11,785 nt of DNA from Sulfurimonadaceae bacterium (GTDB lineage: Bacteria > Campylobacterota > Campylobacteria > Campylobacterales > Sulfurimonadaceae): positions 1 to 11,785 of the forward strand of contig JBFEXS010000070.1 of assembly GCA_041562555.1 (NCBI GenBank), read 5' to 3'. The stretch's first letter is position 1. The number at the start of each line of letters is the position of its first letter. Position numbers and translations under genes: made by a program. Under the pieces are notes generated by a model, which did not search any database, had not been told where the DNA came from, and worked only from the letters and a program-made list of their open reading frames with translations. This document shows positions 7,505-11,785 of this stretch, in pieces.

Positions 7505-7513
7505 ATTTTATCA
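7505..7513 (-). promoter_or_regulatory. Extended -10 promoter of the glutaredoxin-like gene
   Basis: TGATAAAAT (TGnTAAAAT) on the minus strand, 27 nt upstream of ATG 7477, in AT-rich DNA. Confidence 0.65.
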
Positions 7514-7532
7514 TAATTTATATTTTAATTTG

Positions 7533-7895
7533 TTAAATAAGATTTGGTACTCTGTCGTTCTTCTCGGATAACTCTTTGAATGAGGTGAGTTCGGTATGGA
7601 TCTTCTCTTTGTAACGCTTTTTCAGTTCTTCGACTTCTGCTTTGGCCTTGTTGATCTTGTCAATATGGGTCGATTCAAGCTTGATAAGCTTTTCGATAAA
7701 GGCTGTGAAGAAACGTTTGTCCCGTGTCAGTAGGACAATATCCTCTTTGGGAGCCCATTTGCGTTTGACATTGGGCTTCTCACCAAACTCGAAAATAATA
7801 TGCTTGTTTTTGTCCGAGAGGATATACCGGGGAACCTCATAGGAGGTAAAATGTTTCTCATCCATATCATGTAGAAGTTGAACGACATAATACAT
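7533..7895 (-). CDS. Hypothetical cytoplasmic protein (120 aa) with C-terminal coiled coil
   Basis: AAGGAG (7906-7901) precedes ATG 7895, 17 nt downstream of the kinase stop. The C-terminal half is charged and heptad-like (FIEKLIKLESTHIDKINKAKAEVEELKKRYKEKI). Confidence 0.85.
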   Translation of the reverse strand: MYYVVQLLHDMDEKHFTSYEVPRYILSDKNKHIIFEFGEKPNVKRKWAPKEDIVLLTRDKRFFTAFIEKLIKLESTHIDKINKAKAEVEELKKRYKEKIHTELTSFKELSEKNDRVPNLI

Positions 7896-7912
7896 CTATA
7901 CTCCTTTTAGGT

Positions 7913-9328
7913 CTATTTCTTTAGGCTCAGGGTGAAACGCGCACCGTCTTTGGTGTTTTGTACGCTAAGGTGACCCTGATGTTTCTGCGCGATCTGCGAA
8001 CTCATATACAGTCCGATTCCCGTGCCTTCTTTATCTCCCTTTGATGTCACGTTTGGATGGAAGATGTTATCTATAATATCGGCAGGAATCCCGCCGGCAT
8101 TATCGACTACCTGTAAAATGATGTGATGTTCGGTCTCATTATGTCCGATCGCAATGATACGTTTTTGAATATTGTTCTCATTGAAGGCATCTTTGGCATT
8201 GTTGATAAGGTTCAGTAAAAGATGTTTGAACTCATTCTCATGTCCGTGGATAAAGATATCTTCTTGTTTGTTCCGCTGGATCTGGATGTTGTTTTTAAGG
8301 ATCTCATCTTTTAGCAGTACCATGACAGAGTCGATACATCCTTCAAGGGAGAAGTCTTCTTTCTCTTTGTTGGGGCGGAAGAAACTGCGAAATTCGCTCA
8401 TCGTCGTCGTCATGTGTTCGATCTGATGATGGATCACATCACTCATCTCGTTGGCCTCTACACATCTGGGACTTAGCTCCTCTCCCTCTTTGATCTCACA
8501 TCGGATCATATCAGCCGCCATGGATATTGCATTAAGGGGTTGCTTCCATTGGTGTGCGATAGCGTCGATCATCTCACCCATAGAGGCAAGACGGGATTGC
8601 TCTTTGAGGAGGTTCTCTTTTTCGGAGACATTGGCCATCTCTTCTTGGACCCGCTTTTCCAAACGGCTTTTATATTGTTCAAGTTTCCAGTGGGCCTGCT
8701 CCAGGTCATTCTTACTCTTTTCTAGGGCAGCGGTACGTTCGCTGACCTTGTCTTCAAGGGTCGCTGTCAGTTTAGAGAGTTTCTGCGTCTCACGTTTGAG
8801 CCGGGCGCTTGAGAGCTTCATGCTAAAGACAAAATAACCAAGGATCATCGTGATGACCAGTTGTATAAGCAGGAGTTGAAAGACCTCATAGGTGCTCAGG
8901 CTGAGTTTGGTGTATGAAAGGCTCAGGGCAAGCAACATCGAGATGACAAAGACGATGATCCAAAAGAGCGCATGTTTAAAAGGGCGCAGTAAAATGGCAG
9001 GAATGGGATAGATGACTAAGAACATGACCATCTCAAGTTTATTGTCGGTCGTGACGAATCCTACTAAAAAAAATGCGAGGAAGAAACCAAGTGTCGCATA
9101 GATCAGGACTAAAAGGGGAACACTTTCCCGCAGCAGCAGTACCAGTATCAAGAAACTGTATAAAGAAAGGATCAGTCCGGCACCCGCTTCAAGCTCATGA
9201 TTGGTAATGAGCAGGTTAAGACTGCCAAGGATGATCCCTGCAAAAAAACTGGTGATAAGAAGGATAAGTAAGATCTTCGATTCATCGGTGTGTGCATTTG
9301 AAAAAAATGAATAAATCTTTTTTATCAC
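7913..9328 (-). CDS. Membrane-bound sensor histidine kinase (about 6 TM, coiled coil, HisKA, HATPase_c)
   Basis: H-box MGEMIDAIAHQWKQPL, N-box LLNLINNAKDA, G1 VVDNAGGI, F-box IFHPNVTSK, G2 GTGIGLYMS. Six hydrophobic segments in the first ~170 aa. GTG start with GAGG SD. Confidence 0.95.
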   Translation of the reverse strand: MIKKIYSFFSNAHTDESKILLILLITSFFAGIILGSLNLLITNHELEAGAGLILSLYSFLILVLLLRESVPLLVLIYATLGFFLAFFLVGFVTTDNKLEMVMFLVIYPIPAILLRPFKHALFWIIVFVISMLLALSLSYTKLSLSTYEVFQLLLIQLVITMILGYFVFSMKLSSARLKRETQKLSKLTATLEDKVSERTAALEKSKNDLEQAHWKLEQYKSRLEKRVQEEMANVSEKENLLKEQSRLASMGEMIDAIAHQWKQPLNAISMAADMIRCEIKEGEELSPRCVEANEMSDVIHHQIEHMTTTMSEFRSFFRPNKEKEDFSLEGCIDSVMVLLKDEILKNNIQIQRNKQEDIFIHGHENEFKHLLLNLINNAKDAFNENNIQKRIIAIGHNETEHHIILQVVDNAGGIPADIIDNIFHPNVTSKGDKEGTGIGLYMSSQIAQKHQGHLSVQNTKDGARFTLSLKK

Positions 9329-9365
9329 TAAGGAACCTCAAGTATTGTATTTAATTTATGTCTAT

Positions 9366-9374
9366 ATTTTAACA
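9366..9374 (-). promoter_or_regulatory. Extended -10 promoter of the membrane kinase
   Basis: TGTTAAAAT (TGnTAAAAT) on the minus strand, preceded by a T-tract, 37 nt upstream of GTG 9328. Confidence 0.55.
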
Positions 9375-9493
9375 AAAAAGTATATACGTTTGCTGAATAA
9401 GCTATAAGAAAAGGTTTTCATTGGGCTTTGAGTAAAAAAAGAAAAATTACAAAATAGTGATAAATCTTTTTAATTAAAAAATATTAAAAAGCC

Positions 9494-9501
9494 GCTATAC
9501 T
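9494..9501 (+). promoter_or_regulatory. Candidate -10 promoter of flgS
   Basis: GCTATACT (GnTATACT) preceded by repeated A/T tracts (9434-9490). It implies a very short leader before ATG 9519. Confidence 0.45.
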
Positions 9502-9518
9502 TAGCTAAAAAGAGTGAT

Positions 9519-10514
9519 ATGAGTGAGAATAACGAAGAGATTTTAGGCCAATTGCAGATGCTGATAGAACAGACCTATAAGGTCGAGGAAGAGTATAAGA
9601 CGCTGCGTAGTTCTTATAACCATCTGCAAGAGACGATAGAAAACCTGATCGAATTCCTGCCGAATGCGCTATGGGTACTCTTTGAAGACGGAACGATCTT
9701 CACACAAAACTCACGGGCAAAAGAGCTTTCCCGACTTCTGGAGATCATGGACTTCCATCGAAGCGATTATGAACTGAGTTTTGAGGAGTGCAGTTTTCTG
9801 ATCAAGACAAATCATTATCAGGTCAAGATACTGATCTCTGCTACCGATATCACCGAGCAAAAACGAAAGGAGAACCTTGCTACAATGGGGCAGATGGCAG
9901 CCCACCTTTCCCATGAGATACGTAATCCGATCGGTTCCATCTCCCTTCTGACCTCGACATTGATGAAACGGGTAAAGCTTGAGAACAAGCCTATTGTCTT
10001 GGAAGTGCAAAAGTCTGTTTATCGAATAGAGCGGATAATCAAAGCGACCTTGATGTTTTCCAAGGGTGTGATCGCGGTAAAATCCTCTTTGACATGGCAC
10101 AGACTGCGAGAAGACATAGAACTCTCTATCGGTTACTACTCCTTTTCAAAAGATATCCGTTTTGAACTACCTGAAGGTGACTTTGAGATCGAAGGTGATT
10201 TTGATCTACTCTCCATGCTTTTTTCAAATTTTGTCTTTAATGCGATTGATGCCATTGAAGAAGATGAGAGTGAGGAAGGGGAGGTCGTCATCAGTTATGA
10301 AGAAGATGAGACCTTTCATATCTTCAAGGTGTATGACTCAGGCGTGCCTATTGAAAACAAAGGAGCACTCTTCGAAGCTTTCCAAAGTACGAAAGAGAAG
10401 GGAAATGGCCTTGGATTGGTGCTCTCATCCCAAATAGCAGAAGCTCATGGCGGAGATGTCTCGCTACTTGAGGGCGAGAACAAATGTTTTGAGATCAGAT
10501 TGGGCAAGATATAG
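9519..10514 (+). CDS. flgS: Cytoplasmic flagellar sensor histidine kinase FlgS
   Basis: No TM segment. N-terminal LIEQTYKVEEEYK...IEFLPNALW, SATDITEQKRKENLATMG, H-box AAHLSHEIRNPIGSISLLTSTL, NAIDAIEE and FEAFQSTKEKGNGLGL closely match recalled Campylobacter FlgS over the full length. Confidence 0.9.
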   Translation: MSENNEEILGQLQMLIEQTYKVEEEYKTLRSSYNHLQETIENLIEFLPNALWVLFEDGTIFTQNSRAKELSRLLEIMDFHRSDYELSFEECSFLIKTNHYQVKILISATDITEQKRKENLATMGQMAAHLSHEIRNPIGSISLLTSTLMKRVKLENKPIVLEVQKSVYRIERIIKATLMFSKGVIAVKSSLTWHRLREDIELSIGYYSFSKDIRFELPEGDFEIEGDFDLLSMLFSNFVFNAIDAIEEDESEEGEVVISYEEDETFHIFKVYDSGVPIENKGALFEAFQSTKEKGNGLGLVLSSQIAEAHGGDVSLLEGENKCFEIRLGKI

Positions 10515-10515
10515 T

Positions 10516-11643
10516 CTAACCGTAGGTATCTTCCTTAAACTGCTGTTGGATCTCTATTATCTTGTCCATATTATCGATCAGGGCATTGACGCAGTCAATG
10601 TCAAGCGTCTCTCCTGCGAGTTCTTTCAGCATGGAAATGGCTTCTTCATTGCTCCATGCCTTTTTGTAGCTGCGAACGCTGGTAAGTGCATCAAAGACAT
10701 CGGCAACTGCGACGATTCTCGCTTCTAAAGGGATCTCATTCCCATGGATGCCTTTTGGATAACCCGTCCCGTTGACGGCTTCATGATGGAACTCTGCGAT
10801 GTTCCGCAATACGTCGACATATTCAAAGTTGACGAGTTTGAAATTATTCAGAAGGTCATCGATCATTTCCAGACCTTTTTGCGAATGCGTCTTCATGATC
10901 TCTTTCTCAGCCTCATTAAGTATGCCCGGTTTGAGTAAGATGCTGTCAGGGATCCCGATCTTTCCGATGTCATGTAGGGGTGCAAACATAAAAACATGTT
11001 CGATATAAGTGTCATTGAGTTCATATTTGTCTGCCAGAGCTTTGGCAATAATACGGCTGTATCGGGACATCCTGTCGAGATGTGAACCGGTTTCGGGGTC
11101 TCTGAGATGAGAGAGTTTCCCCGTCGTTTTAATAGCGGCGCTTAAGGTCTGTATAGAAGAGAGTTTGTTGATGATAAGCAAAGAGATCATATGACCATAG
11201 ATATCCAGCTGTTTTAACACGCTGTCATTAAAGACCTCTATTTGATTGGAGTTGAAAAAGAGAAAGCCGACAAAGACCCCCTCGTTATAGATAGGCATGG
11301 TATAACTGGCTGCATACCCGAACTCTTTGATCTTCATCGTGTGTTCATGCTCCCCTGTCTCATACTCCTCCAGATTATTGATCACCCGAGGCGTTTTTTT
11401 CTTCAAAATCTCTTTCAGGGAAGGTGCATTGTCAAGAAGGGCTTGATAATGATCCAGGGGATTGTCTCCTCCGCTACTATGTAAGAAGGTCTTGAGCACA
11501 TTGGTCTGGGGGTCGTATATCGCGACGGCAACGCGCACGATAAAGGGAAAGGTCTCTTTGATCACTTCATGTGTGGCTTTGAGCTTATCACTTAATGAAC
11601 CTTCCTGGGCCAGTTCATGTAGCTTGTCCTTATGATCAAACAT
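10516..11643 (-). CDS. GAF + HD-GYP cyclic-dinucleotide phosphodiesterase (375 aa from the revised start)
   Basis: Motifs RDPETGSH, PLHDIGKIGIPDSILLKPG, HHEAVNGTGYP and ARIVAVADVFDALTSVRSYKKAW. N-terminal GAF-like region (PRVINNL...ASYTMPI...VGFLFFNS). Start placed at ATG 11643 (GGGGGAAG SD) rather than 11685. Confidence 0.93.
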   Translation of the reverse strand: MFDHKDKLHELAQEGSLSDKLKATHEVIKETFPFIVRVAVAIYDPQTNVLKTFLHSSGGDNPLDHYQALLDNAPSLKEILKKKTPRVINNLEEYETGEHEHTMKIKEFGYAASYTMPIYNEGVFVGFLFFNSNQIEVFNDSVLKQLDIYGHMISLLIINKLSSIQTLSAAIKTTGKLSHLRDPETGSHLDRMSRYSRIIAKALADKYELNDTYIEHVFMFAPLHDIGKIGIPDSILLKPGILNEAEKEIMKTHSQKGLEMIDDLLNNFKLVNFEYVDVLRNIAEFHHEAVNGTGYPKGIHGNEIPLEARIVAVADVFDALTSVRSYKKAWSNEEAISMLKELAGETLDIDCVNALIDNMDKIIEIQQQFKEDTYG

Positions 11644-11675
11644 ATCGCTTCCCCCGTCACATCTATCTTTAGGAT

Positions 11676-11684
11676 ATTGTATCA
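11676..11684 (-). promoter_or_regulatory. Extended -10 promoter of the HD-GYP gene
   Basis: TGATACAAT (TGnTACAAT) on the minus strand. It overlaps the ORF-track ATG at 11685-11683 and lies 32 nt upstream of ATG 11643. Confidence 0.6.
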
Positions 11685-11708
11685 TGTTTTATTATAATTT
11701 TATTTTGA

Positions 11709-11734
11709 GATATAATATTTTAAACAGTTAAGGA
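11709..11734 (+). promoter_or_regulatory. -10 box and RBS of the gene starting at 11741
   Basis: GATATAAT (GnTATAAT, 11709-11716) and AAGGA (11730-11734), 6 nt before ATG 11741. Confidence 0.65.
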
Positions 11735-11740
11735 TAGCCT

Positions 11741-11785
11741 ATGTGGAAATGGTTGGAAAAGACAAAAAGCGTCAAAGGCGATCTA
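11741..11785 (+). CDS. Start of a gene running off the window (MWKWLEKTKSVKGDL...), product unknown
   Basis: ATG with a well-spaced AAGGA and an upstream -10 box; 15 open codons to the window edge. Absent from the ORF track because it is truncated. Confidence 0.7.
   Translation, partial: MWKWLEKTKSVKGDL

Noticed and set aside
9066..9307. A7-A8 homopolymer runs in the kinase gene as phase-variation sites
   Set aside because: These short A/T runs encode Phe-rich segments and the frame is intact; Campylobacterota contingency tracts are typically longer poly-G/C.
9411..9498. sigma54 (GG-N10-GC at 9413-9426) or sigma28 (GCCGCTAT at 9491-9498) promoter upstream of flgS
   Set aside because: The first lacks the TGG and TTGC context. 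The second has mismatches and no correctly spaced TAAA, and a sigma70 -10 box explains it better.
4392..11484. Remaining small overlapping ORFs in the track (e.g. 4392..4697, 6478..6774, 8451..8837, 9711..10100, 10447..10728)
   Set aside because: All lie within or across well-supported genes in other frames or strands and show no recognisable motifs.
1..11785. CRISPR array, tRNA/rRNA, IS element, riboswitch or defence operon
   Set aside because: By eye I found no spaced direct repeats, cloverleaf, transposase or integrase, terminal inverted repeats or long structured leaders, and intergenic gaps are short. An Rfam/Infernal and DefenseFinder scan would be the decisive check.

Overview
This is a mostly housekeeping and signalling region from a Campylobacterota (epsilonproteobacterial) chromosome. 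The assignment rests on a clear FlgS orthologue, an HQWKQPL-type histidine kinase, (T)GnTAnAAT promoters and the DnaE sequence style; a free-living Sulfurovum-like lineage is an inference. The left part holds the 3' end of a lower-GC probable SAM-dependent methyltransferase (+), dnaE (+, no intein), an overlapping 2-TM hypothetical gene (+), a signal-peptide ankyrin-repeat gene (+) and an M18 aminopeptidase (+). A convergent block follows: a membrane histidine kinase, a 120-aa hypothetical gene and an exported CxxC glutaredoxin-like fusion (all -). The right end has flgS (+) tail-to-tail with a GAF + HD-GYP phosphodiesterase (-), then the first 15 codons of a further gene (+). I saw no RNA genes, CRISPR arrays, transposases or long repeats, and I cannot demonstrate a complete novel system. 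The best leads are (i) a sigma54-like promoter + strong RBS + GTG ORF divergent from dnaE, (ii) an orphan kinase followed by a non-receiver coiled-coil gene, (iii) an exported glutaredoxin fusion and a secreted 2x3 ankyrin protein, and (iv) the flgS/HD-GYP convergent junction.
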